A DNA stretch of 49,154 bases from a virus (Duplodnaviria; Caudoviricetes): positions 1 to 49,154 of the IMG/VR virus record IMGVR_UViG_3300005764_000024, one strand, 5' to 3'. Position numbers and translations under genes: made by a program. The notes under the pieces were generated by a model, which worked only from the letters and a program-made list of their open reading frames with translations, searched no databases and was not told where the DNA came from. Shown here piece by piece: positions 9,315 to 19,252 of this stretch (positions are counted from its first letter, which is position 1; every line of letters starts with the position of its first letter).

Positions 9315-11463
9315 ACTCGAAGCTCCCCAGGCCCTGCGGCCGGTAGGCGGCGCGATCGAGCGGCTCACTGGCTGGTGTGGGAAGCGGCCGGCGCAAGGGG
9401 CCATGGCGGCGCGGCTGGAAGGGGATCACGTTGGCCAGGCCGCCCTCGGCCATCTTGCTCACCGGGCCGCCCTTGGCGCCGAAGCCGAACATCTTGCCCA
9501 TGCCGCCGGCGCCGCCGAAGCCGGTCATCATGCTGCCCACGCCGCCCAGGATGCCGCCCAGGAACTGGCCGAAACCGGGGCCGGGCTGGGTGACCGAGCC
9601 GCTCGACGTGCCGCTGGAGGTCTGGGTGTAGGGCAGGGGCGCCATGCCCTGCAGCTGCGCCAGGTAGGCGACCGCCTGCAGTGGCGTCATCATGCCCATC
9701 ATCTGGTTCTGGTAAGCCGTGTCGGCTAGTTGCTGCAGGTAGCCCTGCTGGCTCGTGCCGGCCTGCTGCAGCGCACCCAGCCCCTGCAGGCCGGCGTTGA
9801 ACCCCTGCAGGCCCAGCTGGCCCGCATTGCCATAGATGTTGGCGGCCTGGCCGAAGCCTTGCAGGTTCATGCCCTGCTGGGCATTGCGTGCCTGCTGCTG
9901 CGCGATCGCGGACTGCAGGCCCATCTGGCCGCCGGCGATCTGTCCCTGCATCCCAAGGTTCTGCGTCTGGAGCGCGCCCTGCAGGCCACCCTGATACTGC
10001 AGTCCGAGCGCCTGCATGATCGCCGCCTGGTTGGCGAGCTGCGACTGCATACCCTGGCTTGCGTTGAACTGCGCGCCGGTGAGGCCCATCTGCTGGGCGG
10101 CCAGGCCGGTCTGCACGCCGGCCGACTGGTTCGCGAGCTGGCCCTGCATGTTGTAGCCGGCGCTCGCCATGGCGGCTTGTAGCGCAGCCTGCTGGTTGGC
10201 CAGGCTAGCTTGCAGCTGCTGGCCGGCAGTGAACTCCTGCGCCTGCTGGTTGGCAATGCCGGCCTGGAGGCCGGTCGACTGGTTGGCCAGCTGACTCTGC
10301 AGATTGCCCTGATAGCCCAGCTGCTGCACGCCGAGCAACGCCTGCAGGTTGGTGTTGCCGACGTTGTACTGCATCCCCTGATTGGCCAGGGCGGCTTGTA
10401 AGCCGGTCTGCGCGCCCAGGCCTTGGGTTTGCAGAAAGCTCGACAGGTTCTGCACGGCGGCCTGCTGCTGCGCCTGCTGGTTGGCGAGCTGGGCTTGCAG
10501 GTTGCTGGAGATGTTGAACTGCTGCGCCTGCTGCGCCAGACCTTGCTGGGTGTTGAACTGCTGCTGGCCCTGCTGATAGGCGCTCTGCAGGCCCTGTGCT
10601 TCGAGGTTGGCGGCCAGCTGCTGGTAGCCCAGGTTCTGGTTGACGTCCTCGACCGCCTGGCGGCTGCCGCCGAAAGCGCCGGCCTGCGCGGCCTGGGCGT
10701 GGATATTGGCGAGCTGCTGCGAGTTCTGGACCGCGGCCTGGGCGAGCTGGGTGTCGACGACATTCTGCGTGTACGGCGACATGTACTGCGCCGCGGTGCC
10801 CGGATCGGTCCAGCTCTGCGTGGTGGCCAGACCGCTGGGCGCGACATTGGCCGCGGCCTGCATGGTGAAGTCGCGCAGGTTGGGCGCCTGGACGTCTCGG
10901 ATCTGCCCCATCTGGTACTGCTGGAGCGCCTGCGGCGTGACCTGCATCAGGCCGGTGATCGGATTGACCACGCCAGAGGGTGCGCTCACCATCTGCGCGC
11001 TCACCGTCGGACCCGAGACCTGCATCGGGTTGACCTGGTAAGAGGACGCCAGCCCGCTCACACCTCCCACCGGGTTCACGTTGGGCGTGCCGCCGGCGAA
11101 GGGATTATTGAAGTTGATCCCGCCCGGCGTGAAGTTGTAATTCTGGTTGAAATTGATCGCGTTCGGGTCGACGTACTGGTTGATGGACGCCGACCCAATA
11201 TCGGTCATCCCCCTCTGAAACCCCGTCATGTCGGGCGCATTGGTCTGGGTACCGGCATTGTTCCAGTACTGGCTGGTGAGGCCGCCCGGCGCGGCCACGC
11301 CGGCCTGGGGCGGCGGTACGTTGACTAAACCGCCGGGGCCGAGTGTCATCCCCTGTGCGGTGCCGAGGATGTCCCCCCAGTTCTTCATTACGCCGGCATC
11401 GGGGATGTAGTTGGTGGTGTTGTTCTGACTCCCGGTCTGTGTGGTGGTCGCGCTTCCGCCCAT
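9307..11463 (-). CDS. Gln/Ala-rich ejection (DNA-transfer/pilot-like) protein
   Basis: MGGS..TTTQT N-terminus; QYMSPYTQNVVD and AGAFGGSRQA motifs typical of podoviral ejection proteins; repeated LQxxLANQ units; Gly-rich hydrophobic C-terminus. Confidence 0.75.
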   Translation of the reverse strand: MGGSATTTQTGSQNNTTNYIPDAGVMKNWGDILGTAQGMTLGPGGLVNVPPPQAGVAAPGGLTSQYWNNAGTQTNAPDMTGFQRGMTDIGSASINQYVDPNAINFNQNYNFTPGGINFNNPFAGGTPNVNPVGGVSGLASSYQVNPMQVSGPTVSAQMVSAPSGVVNPITGLMQVTPQALQQYQMGQIRDVQAPNLRDFTMQAAANVAPSGLATTQSWTDPGTAAQYMSPYTQNVVDTQLAQAAVQNSQQLANIHAQAAQAGAFGGSRQAVEDVNQNLGYQQLAANLEAQGLQSAYQQGQQQFNTQQGLAQQAQQFNISSNLQAQLANQQAQQQAAVQNLSSFLQTQGLGAQTGLQAALANQGMQYNVGNTNLQALLGVQQLGYQGNLQSQLANQSTGLQAGIANQQAQEFTAGQQLQASLANQQAALQAAMASAGYNMQGQLANQSAGVQTGLAAQQMGLTGAQFNASQGMQSQLANQAAIMQALGLQYQGGLQGALQTQNLGMQGQIAGGQMGLQSAIAQQQARNAQQGMNLQGFGQAANIYGNAGQLGLQGFNAGLQGLGALQQAGTSQQGYLQQLADTAYQNQMMGMMTPLQAVAYLAQLQGMAPLPYTQTSSGTSSGSVTQPGPGFGQFLGGILGGVGSMMTGFGGAGGMGKMFGFGAKGGPVSKMAEGGLANVIPFQPRRHGPLRRPLPTPASEPLDRAAYRPQGLGSFEYA

Positions 11464-11466
11464 CGC

Positions 11467-11940
11467 TTATACCTCGTCGCGCGTCAGCACGATGGCTTCG
11501 GGCTGAAAGCCGAACGGTGCGACGATGCGCTCCCAGCCTCTGCGGCCGACGATGTGCAGCTCAGTGATGCCCTGCAGGCGGCACGAGCTGCTCCAGGCCT
11601 CCCAGGCATCGAGCGCCCACTGGCGTGCGCGACTGCCGCCCAACAGGTGCAGAGTAGCGGCACGCTTGCCGGTAGGGTGGCGCTGCAGGCGCACCAGGCC
11701 CGCGGCATAACAGCGGCCGGCCTGCGTGACCACCCACAGCTGCTGCTCGCCGGTCTTGATCCAACGGTAGATGTCGCGCGTGGTAAAGCGGCCGCGCTCG
11801 CGGGCGACGGCCTTGGCGAGCAAGGGCTCGACCACCGCCCACATCAGATCCACGCAGCCCGGCGCCACGGGATAGACCGCATAGTTCCCGGGAGCAGGGG
11901 GAAGAGGCGCGGCAGTCGGGGCGGAGATCGCGGCCTGCAT
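11467..11940 (-). CDS. GNAT-like (acetyltransferase-fold) virion assembly protein
   Basis: W..VEPLL..A....G..QLW...LHLLGG...W...G...L...GRRGWER pattern; sits immediately before the ejection genes, as the small GNAT-like genes of podoviruses do. Confidence 0.65.
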   Translation of the reverse strand: MQAAISAPTAAPLPPAPGNYAVYPVAPGCVDLMWAVVEPLLAKAVARERGRFTTRDIYRWIKTGEQQLWVVTQAGRCYAAGLVRLQRHPTGKRAATLHLLGGSRARQWALDAWEAWSSSCRLQGITELHIVGRRGWERIVAPFGFQPEAIVLTRDEV

Positions 11941-11997
11941 GGTCTTTCGCCTGGGTAACCGCTTCTCCCTAGGCCGTCTGGCGCGACCTTGGGCTTT

Positions 11998-12060
11998 ATT
12001 CTACCCCGTACCGTGTGATACGAATAGCCTCTTGACGGCAAAATCGGATAGGCCTATGAT
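11998..12060. promoter_or_regulatory. Divergent sigma70-type promoter pair with ATACGAA operator half-site
   Basis: Plus strand TTGACG (12032-37)-N17-TATGAT (12055-60); minus strand TAGAAT (11998-12003); GTGTGATACGAA at 12013-12024. Confidence 0.7.
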
Positions 12061-12065
12061 CGAGC

Positions 12066-12160
12066 TGGTTCTCTGAACTGTTTCGAGTCGTTGGTTTGGG
12101 TTTATCTTCGGGCATCGCAAAAGGCTCGGGTTTCTCCACAACCCGAGCCTTTCGTGTTTT
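12066..12160 (+). ncRNA. Candidate ~90-nt small RNA
   Basis: Near-consensus promoter followed by a terminator about 55 nt downstream, with no credible ORF between them. Confidence 0.45.
12119..12160. terminator. Bidirectional intrinsic terminator
   Basis: 13-bp perfect stem AAAGGCTCGGGTT (12120-32) / AACCCGAGCCTTT (12140-52), T-rich tails on both strands, adjacent to the stop of 12160..13128. Confidence 0.85.
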
Positions 12161-13128
12161 CAGTAGATCCCTCGGAAGCTCTTCCCCCGCTTCGCGCACC
12201 CGCTCCCCCTCGGCACCTGTACGTGGCCGCCCTTTTTAAAAGGCGCCGGCGGTCCCTGCGGCTCGGGGCCTCGCTTGGGTGGCACCGCGGCCGGCTTGAT
12301 CGGGCCGCCTTTGGCCTTCTTCATCGGTTTCTTCTTCGCAGGCTTCTTCTCGTCGGGCGGCTGGTGGTGCGGCGTAATCACGATGGTAGTGTGGAGCACC
12401 GGCATCGGATGCCGCATGAGCACGCCGCGGCCGGGCTCGTGCGGTGGCGGTAGCGCGTCATCCGCGGCCTTGCCGCCGTCGGCGAACCGGCGCACCCGAC
12501 CGCCGCGCTTCATGCCGCCGATGTCGCTCTGGTTATAAATCGGGCCGGTCACGACGGCGCCGGTGGTATCGTTCTTCCAGGTCTGCCCGCCGTCGTAGGA
12601 AGTCAGCGGATTGCCGCGCGCGTCCGCGCCCATCATCAGGCGGCCGCCTGGGCTACTGACCGCAGGCGATGCGGTCACATCCGTAGATACCGGAGGGGCA
12701 GGCGTAGCCGGTGCCGCATTCGGTCCGATGTCCGCGGTGCCAGAGCCGTGCTTCCAGGCCTCGGCCGCCGGAACCAGGGTGGAGTCCGTGCCGGCCGGCC
12801 GATCGAGATTCGGCTCCGCGGTCGGCACATCGATCGCGCTCATCGGATTGTCGCTCGATCGGTTGGTCATTGGGTCCATGGAGCGCTTCTTCTTCATCAG
12901 CGCCCGCAGGCCCAGGCCGAGCGCACCGCCAATCCCGGCCGCGGCCGCGCCGCCCGAGGTACGCGCGCCCTGCATCGCGCTGCCCAGTCTGGTCAGCCCG
13001 CCTTCGAGCGTGCCGGGGCCGCCGGGGCCGGCATTCTCAATCTCGCGCTGGATGATGTCGCGCTGCGTCGGGTCGCGCAGGGCCGCGCGCAACCGGACCA
13101 GCAGATCCTGATCTACAGGTGTTGGCAT
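12160..13128 (-). CDS. Low-complexity Pro/Lys/Gly-rich probable internal head protein with multiple xxxGG motifs
   Basis: MKRGGRV, FADGGKA, KAKGGPI, FKKGGHV; C-terminus RGSGCAKRGKSFRGIY resembles that of 40996..42126; RBS-like GAAGGGGGTG. Confidence 0.7.
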   Translation of the reverse strand: MPTPVDQDLLVRLRAALRDPTQRDIIQREIENAGPGGPGTLEGGLTRLGSAMQGARTSGGAAAAGIGGALGLGLRALMKKKRSMDPMTNRSSDNPMSAIDVPTAEPNLDRPAGTDSTLVPAAEAWKHGSGTADIGPNAAPATPAPPVSTDVTASPAVSSPGGRLMMGADARGNPLTSYDGGQTWKNDTTGAVVTGPIYNQSDIGGMKRGGRVRRFADGGKAADDALPPPHEPGRGVLMRHPMPVLHTTIVITPHHQPPDEKKPAKKKPMKKAKGGPIKPAAVPPKRGPEPQGPPAPFKKGGHVQVPRGSGCAKRGKSFRGIY

Positions 13129-13200
13129 TCGATCACCCCCTTCGTTGTGCCCTGCACACCATGCCGGCAGGCATAGAAGCCGAACCGGCCCAGCCAGGCC

Positions 13201-13866
13201 TCAACCGACCAGTGGCGCCTGAGGTAGATCACCAGCACACGCCCTGGTCTTCGGAATCCAATCCGCATAGCTCCTCACGTAGGTCACCTTGGCCGGCCGG
13301 TACAGTTCCTGTCGTCGGATGCCTTCAGGCGCGATCTCCACCCGCCGGTAGTGGCCGGGCCGTGCGCGCTGCCGGTGAAACTTGCCGCCGGCCGTCTTGC
13401 TCGGCCGGTCGTAGGTGTAGCCGGTAGCCTCGAAGGCCCCGAAGAACTGCACCGCGTACCGCCGCCAGCATTTCCGCGCCGCCACAAAAATCTGGCGACA
13501 ACCGTTGTCTTTGCCGTAGCGCACGATGCGCTCGACCGCGCTATCGATCCAGCAGCCCGGGCGAGCGCCGGCCGCCAGGTGCACGGTGAGCGAGCGCGCG
13601 TCCCGAACGAAGGCCTTCTGGTGGGTCGGCGCGTGGTCGCTCACGGTCGTCAGAATCGCGGCCGTATAGGGCGTCCAGCGATTGTCGTGCTGCAGCCCGA
13701 TCCAGAGCAGGTCGCGGCCGAGCAGGAGCCGGCCGTGGATGCGCTCGACATCGAGGACCTCTCCACCGTGGCGCTTCAAAAAGCGCGCCACCGTGGGCCA
13801 CAACGGGGGCAGGTAGTCGGCCGGCACCGGGATGACTTCGGTGAGCTTCTTTTGCCCGAAGGCCAT
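13201..13866 (-). CDS. Second GNAT-like protein (paralogue of 11467..11940)
   Basis: LWPTVARFL...G.DLLW...LTVHLAAG...W...NGCRQI...ARKCW aligns by eye with 11467..11940; start reassigned to ATG 13866. Confidence 0.6.
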   Translation of the reverse strand: MAFGQKKLTEVIPVPADYLPPLWPTVARFLKRHGGEVLDVERIHGRLLLGRDLLWIGLQHDNRWTPYTAAILTTVSDHAPTHQKAFVRDARSLTVHLAAGARPGCWIDSAVERIVRYGKDNGCRQIFVAARKCWRRYAVQFFGAFEATGYTYDRPSKTAGGKFHRQRARPGHYRRVEIAPEGIRRQELYRPAKVTYVRSYADWIPKTRACAGDLPQAPLVG

Positions 13867-13904
13867 ATTTCGTATCACACTGTAGCATGGTCCAGCGATA
13901 TAAT
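13867..13904. promoter_or_regulatory. Divergent promoter region with operator half-site
   Basis: TTCGTATCACAC (13869-80) is the exact reverse complement of 12013-24; plus-strand TATAAT at 13899-13904; minus-strand TGcTACAGT. Confidence 0.6.
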
Positions 13905-13927
13905 CGCCCACAAGTGAGGTGATCCTG

Positions 13928-14575
13928 ATGGCACGCAAAAGCACCGTCCTGGAGCCCGAAACGGAGATTCAGAATACCGCTCCGGCCGACTGGTCGAGCT
14001 TTCCGAATATGGTGGAGGACACGACCCAGCTGCCCGCAACGCCGGGCACGCCGCCGGCGCCGATGCCCCAGGCCGGGCCGCCACCGCCCAAGTACCTGGG
14101 CAAGACGCCCACCAGCATCGCGCAGATCATCCCCAGCCTGGGCGAGAAGGGCACGCATTTCAAAGGCCCGTTGCTCAGCGGCGGCGTGCCGGGAGCGAAC
14201 CTGGCCCTGGGCTCAGCGCTGCTCTCGATCGGGCTCCAGGTCGACTACACCATGGGCTCGTTCTCGCTGCCCTTGCAATTCCCGGCCGACTGCTTTTTGC
14301 TCTGGAAAACCACGCTGGTGTACAACGCCTTCACCGGCGGCTCGGCAGACACCACGGTTACGCTCGGCACCGGCAGCGGGCGCAACGACATCCTGGCGGC
14401 CGACGGCATGGGACCGCTGCACGCAGTCAGTATCAAGCCGGTCACCGGCCCACTGCCCTTCACCATCGATCCCAATCCCGGCCAGCTCTGGGTCACAGTC
14501 ACCAGCAACGGCAACACAGCTGGGTTAGGCGTGGTGGTGCTGATCTATGCCCGCGGCTTCCAGAAGTGGAGCTAG
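13928..14575 (+). CDS. Probable minor capsid/decoration protein
   Basis: THFKGPL motif followed by a beta-rich domain (VYNAF...TVTLGT...VTSNG.TAG.G.V..IY), a family I recall usually lying just downstream of MCP; RBS GAGGTG. Confidence 0.6.
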   Translation: MARKSTVLEPETEIQNTAPADWSSFPNMVEDTTQLPATPGTPPAPMPQAGPPPPKYLGKTPTSIAQIIPSLGEKGTHFKGPLLSGGVPGANLALGSALLSIGLQVDYTMGSFSLPLQFPADCFLLWKTTLVYNAFTGGSADTTVTLGTGSGRNDILAADGMGPLHAVSIKPVTGPLPFTIDPNPGQLWVTVTSNGNTAGLGVVVLIYARGFQKWS

Positions 14576-14577
14576 CC

Positions 14578-14832
14578 ATGGGACTCTCGGCCACCGACAA
14601 GGCGCTCGTGGAGCGCATCGAGAACGACTTCACCTATCACGCGCCCCAGGGCACTCAGCCCGCGCTCTACGAGCGGATGCGCGCTCATGGCAAGGCCCTG
14701 GCGCTGCTGATCGTGGAGGCCTGCCCCGACGGACGCGAGCGCTCGACTGCGCTCAGCAAGCTGGAAGAGTGTGTGATGTGGGCGAACGCCGCGATCGCGC
14801 GGAGGCCGGACGATGGCGGTCAAAGCGGTTGA
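14578..14832 (+). CDS. Acb2/Tad1-like helical-hairpin protein (putative immune-signal sponge)
   Basis: NDFTYHAP..Q...YE.MR...K.LA..I...CPDGRERSTALSKLEECVMWANAAIAR matches, from memory, the Acb2/Tad1 hairpin family. Confidence 0.65.
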   Translation: MGLSATDKALVERIENDFTYHAPQGTQPALYERMRAHGKALALLIVEACPDGRERSTALSKLEECVMWANAAIARRPDDGGQSG

Positions 14833-15175
14833 TCTTGACCTCTACCAGGGCGACGACTGGGCCGCCATGGTGGCGGTGCTCATGACCGACATGACGCCGG
14901 CCGACCTTACCGGCTACACCGCCCAATCGCAGATCCGCACCGGGCCGGCCGACCAGGTCAGTAATGTAGCGGCCGAGATGGTCTGCACCGTGGTCCCTCC
15001 CAACAACATCTCGCTCTACCTGTCGCACGCGCAGACCACGCAGCTCACCGGCTTCGGCTACCAGTGGGATCTGCAGCTGACCTCGGCCGCCGACGAGATC
15101 ACCACCATCATGGCCGGCAATGTGAATGTGGTCCAGGAAGTCACGCGCGAGCCCGCGCTACTGGTACGCCGATGA
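14813..15175 (+). CDS. Fibre adaptor/BppU-N-like Ig-fold virion protein
   Basis: [10 protein letters not shown]...[12 protein letters not shown]...YQWDLQLT...TIMAG.V.V..EVT; ATGA-coupled to the fibre gene. Confidence 0.7.
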   Translation: MAVKAVDLDLYQGDDWAAMVAVLMTDMTPADLTGYTAQSQIRTGPADQVSNVAAEMVCTVVPPNNISLYLSHAQTTQLTGFGYQWDLQLTSAADEITTIMAGNVNVVQEVTREPALLVRR

Positions 15176-18100
15176 AGAAGAAAGAAGTGCTGCCACTCTC
15201 GGCCGTGCTGCCGGAGAACGACTTTAAAGCCATCCTCACGCCCAAACCCACCTTTGTCGCGCTCTGGCAGCAGGGCGTGCCGATCCCCGGCCCGGAAGGC
15301 CCGGAAGGCCCGCCGGGACCGCAAGGCGTGCCTGGCCCGATCGGCCCTGCAGGCCCCACCGGCCCCACTGGCCCGATCGGCAACCCAGGTCCGCAAGGCC
15401 CGCAGGGCGCTACCGGCGCCACCGGCGCCGACGGCGCGCCCGGCCCCACCGGGCCGCAGGGGCCGCAAGGCAATCCCGGTGCGACTGGCACGACTGGTCC
15501 GCCCGGCCCGACCGGCGCACCCGGCCCGACTGGCGCCACCGGAGCGCAGGGTCCTGCCGGCACTCCCGGCGCCGACGGCGCCACCGGCGCCACCGGACCC
15601 GCGGGACCGACCGGCGCACCAGGCCCGCAGGGATCGCCCGGCCTGCAGGGACCGCCCGGCGCCACCGGCCCGGCCGGCCCGCAAGGCGTGCCCGGCCCAA
15701 CTGGACCGCAGGGGCTGCCCGGCAACATGACCGACCCGACCACGACCAAGGGGGACCTGATCGTGCGCAGCGCGACGGTGATCGACCGGCTGCCGGTGGG
15801 CACCGACGGCTATGTGCTGAAGGCATCTTCGGCCTCGCCAGTAGGTGTGGCATGGGCGCAGGCGGCCGCCGGGCAGAACCAGACGCCCTGGCTGAGCAAC
15901 ATCGATGCGGCGGGATACAGCCTGAATAATGTCAGTGCTGTGGGCGTTGCTACGACGAATCCCACCTACCCGCTCGACGTGAACGGCGACTGCAATCTTA
16001 GTTCAGGCCACGTCTACCGGGTCAACGGCACGCCTATTACTAGCATGATGCAGACTCCCTGGCTGCAGGATATCAATGCGGCGAATTTTAGATTGCTTAA
16101 TATAAGCAGCATAAATGGAGCCGGGTGTTACATATACATGCCCGGTAATGACATCCAGCTTACGGGAGCGCACGTATTCACTTGGGGAGCATCGCTCGGA
16201 GTTAAAGTTAATCCTCCTGCTTTTGATCTTGATGTTGCAGGTGATTGCAATATCACGGGAGTGTATAGAATCAATGGCGTACCGCTGAACCTGGGCGGCA
16301 CCCCGGCAGGGCCGACTGGCGCAGTGCAGGTCAATAATGCCGGCGCGTTCGGCGGCAGCGCCAATCTGTTCTGGGACAGCGCCAACAACCGGCTGGGAAT
16401 CGGGACAAGCACTCCGGCTTATCCGCTCTCCGTGAGCGGAAATGTGAACATCACCGGCAGTTACCTAGTCAACGGCGTGCCGCTCCAGACCGGCTATTGG
16501 CAGGCAGGCACGGGCGGCGTGATCTATTACAGCGGCGGGAATGTGGGAATCGGGAATAATCTCGCGACCTTGCCGAACACTGATGCAGTTCCGCAACTGG
16601 TTGTTGGTTCTACCACTAGCACTGCATGTGGCGAAGTCACCGTATGCGCCAACTTGACAGGGTCCGGTGCGATAGGTCTGATTAACTTTGCCAACTATTC
16701 GATTAGCATTGCCGAGAAGCGAATCGCCGTGATTCTCACAGCCACGGATGGTGCCGCCAATTCAGGCTATATGGTGTTTTCAACTTACAATGCAGGAACA
16801 TATGGCGAGCGGATGCGCATAACGTCAGCGGGTAACGTGGGGATCGGCACCAGCTCGCCCTATGGCGCCCTGACTGTCGCCACCAGCTCCATCACCGATA
16901 CCTATCGCGGAATCTCCAACTGGCAGTTTGCCGGAAGTAATCCGCACAGCGCGGTCCTGTGGTTCATGCGGGCGCGAGGAACCGCAGCGGTTCCAGCGGC
17001 CAGCGTAGTAAACGACTACGGCATGAGCATCATTAGTCTAGCCGCCAGCGCCGATGGGACACAGGTAGATCTCGCCACCATCACGACGTATGTGATGGCC
17101 GTGGGAACGGGAACCATCGCGGGGGACATGACCTTCGCCACGAACAACAATACAACCCACTCTGTCGAGCGCATGCGGATCACGGCGGCGGGAAAAGTGG
17201 GAATCGGGACTCCCTCCCCAAACGCTACCTTAGTGCTTCAACAAACCTCCGATGTAAGTTGCCAGTGGAACAACGGCAGCGTTTACCGGTCCTGGTACAT
17301 CCCCGGCGGGACTACCGACTTCCGGTTGTTTGTTTCCGATGTTGCCAGAGATGTCATCACGGTATCGTCGGCGGGCAATGTGGGGATCGGGACGACTAAT
17401 CCCACTCTTCGTCTGCAGGTCGAAGGGGGACGCACGCTGTGCAGTGCAGCCAACGAGGCTTACGCTCTTGGAGTGCGTAATAACTCTTCCTCACCTGTTT
17501 ATTGGATCGGTACTGATGCTAGCGGTAATCTGAACTTTTCCGACGCGGGGGGTACGGGGCATTTTGTGGTGACGCAGGCGGGCAATGTGGGGATCGGGAC
17601 GGCAAGTCCGAGTGGGACTGTCCATGTTATCTCTCCCAGTCTAGCTATCGCCATAAATCCGGCTGTTAGCACTAATAGCGTGTACATGCTTTTCCAAAAT
17701 GCTGGACTTGCCTCCTATTTAGGTATAGAAGGTTCCGCTGGTGCTTCTCTGGTGATCGGCAGTTTACCGTATTCTTTAATTCTTACGGCAGCTAGTAATT
17801 CTGCAATACAATTTGGAACCAACAATACCACTCGTATGACTCTATCCGCTGCTGGTAATCTAGGTATTCATGTTGCGACTCCTACAACAATGCTCTCACT
17901 GGGTACTGAACTTGTTCCAATCAAGCTGGCGGTCTACGACGGTGGAGTGACTAGTTGTTATGGGTTGGGAATTGCCAGCGGCCAGCTACTGTTTGGTGCG
18001 GCCATCAACCCATCGAGCGGCACGCCGCAGATGGTGCTGACTAATACGGGTAACGTGGGCATCGGGTCCACAAATCCCTCGTACCAAACTCAGATTGTTG

Positions 18101-18867
18101 GGTCTGGCGCGAATGTGGTGGGAGACGGTGGTTATTATTTTCCGGGCCACCCTGGTGGCACTTTGTATCTGGTGGATACTCAGGGTGCTGCAGGTACGGG
18201 CGGCACCTTGTTGTTCGGTTTTGCTAGTCAGTCCACTCCTTTTGCCGCGATCCACGGATATGCAACCAACGGCAGTGGACCGATGGGGAACCTGGTGTTT
18301 TATCTGCGGCCAACGACCGGAGATTCGGCGCTGTATCCGCGCATGACCCTAGATTCCAACGGCAATCTCAATATCGTCGGCCAGTATCAGGTCAATGGTG
18401 CGGCGTTCGGCGGCAGTATCACGGTGCAGGGTAACGGCGCGACGGCAGGCACGAGGCCGATCCTGAATTTCACGACCGGCAGCAGCATGTCGGTTTCCAC
18501 GATAGACGACGGTGCGAACAACCGGATTCAGATTAGCTACGGCTATGTGTCGGACCTCCGGCTGAAGCAGCATGTCACCGATCTGAGCGGCGGTCTGCCG
18601 ATTATCCAACGGCTGCGTCCCGTGGAGTACGAATGGAACGGCCTCGCGGGACGCGAGGCAGGTCAACGGGCGGTGGCGATAGTTGCGCAGGAACTAAAGG
18701 AAGTGCTGCCGCACTGCGTTTATCCGGTACGTGTCAAGCTGCGACCGGAGGACGAAGAGCCTCAAGACGTACTCGCCTATGAGCCCACCGAGATTGTGAT
18801 GCACCTGGTGTTGGCCGTGCAGCAACTCAGCCAGGAATTGAAAGCCCTGAGGAGAGGAGTCAACTAA
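15172..18867 (+). CDS. Collagen-containing fibre with GNVGIGT repeats and C-terminal peptidase S74 intramolecular chaperone
   Basis: 49 Gly-X-Y triplets; about 8 G[NK][VL]GIG[TNS]-type modules; SDLRLK...LRPVEYEW...IVAQEL..VLP..V; start ATG 15172 overlaps the upstream TGA. Confidence 0.88.
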   Translation: MKKKEVLPLSAVLPENDFKAILTPKPTFVALWQQGVPIPGPEGPEGPPGPQGVPGPIGPAGPTGPTGPIGNPGPQGPQGATGATGADGAPGPTGPQGPQGNPGATGTTGPPGPTGAPGPTGATGAQGPAGTPGADGATGATGPAGPTGAPGPQGSPGLQGPPGATGPAGPQGVPGPTGPQGLPGNMTDPTTTKGDLIVRSATVIDRLPVGTDGYVLKASSASPVGVAWAQAAAGQNQTPWLSNIDAAGYSLNNVSAVGVATTNPTYPLDVNGDCNLSSGHVYRVNGTPITSMMQTPWLQDINAANFRLLNISSINGAGCYIYMPGNDIQLTGAHVFTWGASLGVKVNPPAFDLDVAGDCNITGVYRINGVPLNLGGTPAGPTGAVQVNNAGAFGGSANLFWDSANNRLGIGTSTPAYPLSVSGNVNITGSYLVNGVPLQTGYWQAGTGGVIYYSGGNVGIGNNLATLPNTDAVPQLVVGSTTSTACGEVTVCANLTGSGAIGLINFANYSISIAEKRIAVILTATDGAANSGYMVFSTYNAGTYGERMRITSAGNVGIGTSSPYGALTVATSSITDTYRGISNWQFAGSNPHSAVLWFMRARGTAAVPAASVVNDYGMSIISLAASADGTQVDLATITTYVMAVGTGTIAGDMTFATNNNTTHSVERMRITAAGKVGIGTPSPNATLVLQQTSDVSCQWNNGSVYRSWYIPGGTTDFRLFVSDVARDVITVSSAGNVGIGTTNPTLRLQVEGGRTLCSAANEAYALGVRNNSSSPVYWIGTDASGNLNFSDAGGTGHFVVTQAGNVGIGTASPSGTVHVISPSLAIAINPAVSTNSVYMLFQNAGLASYLGIEGSAGASLVIGSLPYSLILTAASNSAIQFGTNNTTRMTLSAAGNLGIHVATPTTMLSLGTELVPIKLAVYDGGVTSCYGLGIASGQLLFGAAINPSSGTPQMVLTNTGNVGIGSTNPSYQTQIVGSGANVVGDGGYYFPGHPGGTLYLVDTQGAAGTGGTLLFGFASQSTPFAAIHGYATNGSGPMGNLVFYLRPTTGDSALYPRMTLDSNGNLNIVGQYQVNGAAFGGSITVQGNGATAGTRPILNFTTGSSMSVSTIDDGANNRIQISYGYVSDLRLKQHVTDLSGGLPIIQRLRPVEYEWNGLAGREAGQRAVAIVAQELKEVLPHCVYPVRVKLRPEDEEPQDVLAYEPTEIVMHLVLAVQQLSQELKALRRGVN
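15289..15729 (+). repeat. Collagen-like Gly-X-Y repeat (49 uninterrupted triplets)
   Basis: GPEGPEGPP...GLPGNM counted from the translation. Confidence 0.95.
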
Positions 18868-18869
18868 AT

Positions 18870-19157
18870 ATGACCTACGATCAGTCTGCGGCGCTCATGA
18901 CCGACATATCCTTTCGGGGGCGGGTCAAAGTTGCCTGCCTCAAGTTCGCCGACTCCATTGTCAACGAACTGCCCAGCGTGGCTGCGCACAACACGCGCTT
19001 CAAATGGGCGCAGGGGTGCATGATGAACCCGGATAACACCGCCCAGCAGGTGCAGCCACCCACGGTGATGGACGCTGCGGTGCAGCAGGACGGCGCCAAT
19101 ATCACCGATCTCGCTTTGCAGGGTTCGGTCGAAGCCGTCGTCAACAAGATGCTGTGA
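18870..19157 (+). CDS. Hypothetical protein (possible fibre-associated chaperone)
   Basis: 95 aa, RBS GAGAGGAG, directly after the fibre gene. Confidence 0.65.
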   Translation: MTYDQSAALMTDISFRGRVKVACLKFADSIVNELPSVAAHNTRFKWAQGCMMNPDNTAQQVQPPTVMDAAVQQDGANITDLALQGSVEAVVNKML

Positions 19158-19181
19158 GCGTGCCCAACGGCACAGAGCGCC

Positions 19182-19219
19182 GAAATACGAAATTCAGATT
19201 GTAATGAATTTCGTATTTC
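19182..19219. promoter_or_regulatory. Perfect 15-8-15 palindrome (operator-like)
   Basis: GAAATACGAAATTCA-GATTGTAA-TGAATTTCGTATTTC; the arms are exact reverse complements. Confidence 0.8.
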
Positions 19220-19252
19220 AGAGCGTTACTATGGCCGCGAGGTATACCACAC

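Noticed and set aside
986-12056. GGATAGGCCTA element in two promoter regions (986-996 and 12046-12056) as a second operator
   Set aside because: Only two clear copies of a short palindrome; too little to separate from chance, though worth including in a motif scan.
19182-19219. 15-8-15 palindrome as a loxP/dif-like recombination site (shares TTCGTAT with loxP)
   Set aside because: Arms are oriented opposite to loxP, spacers differ among copies, and copies overlap promoters; an operator explains it better.
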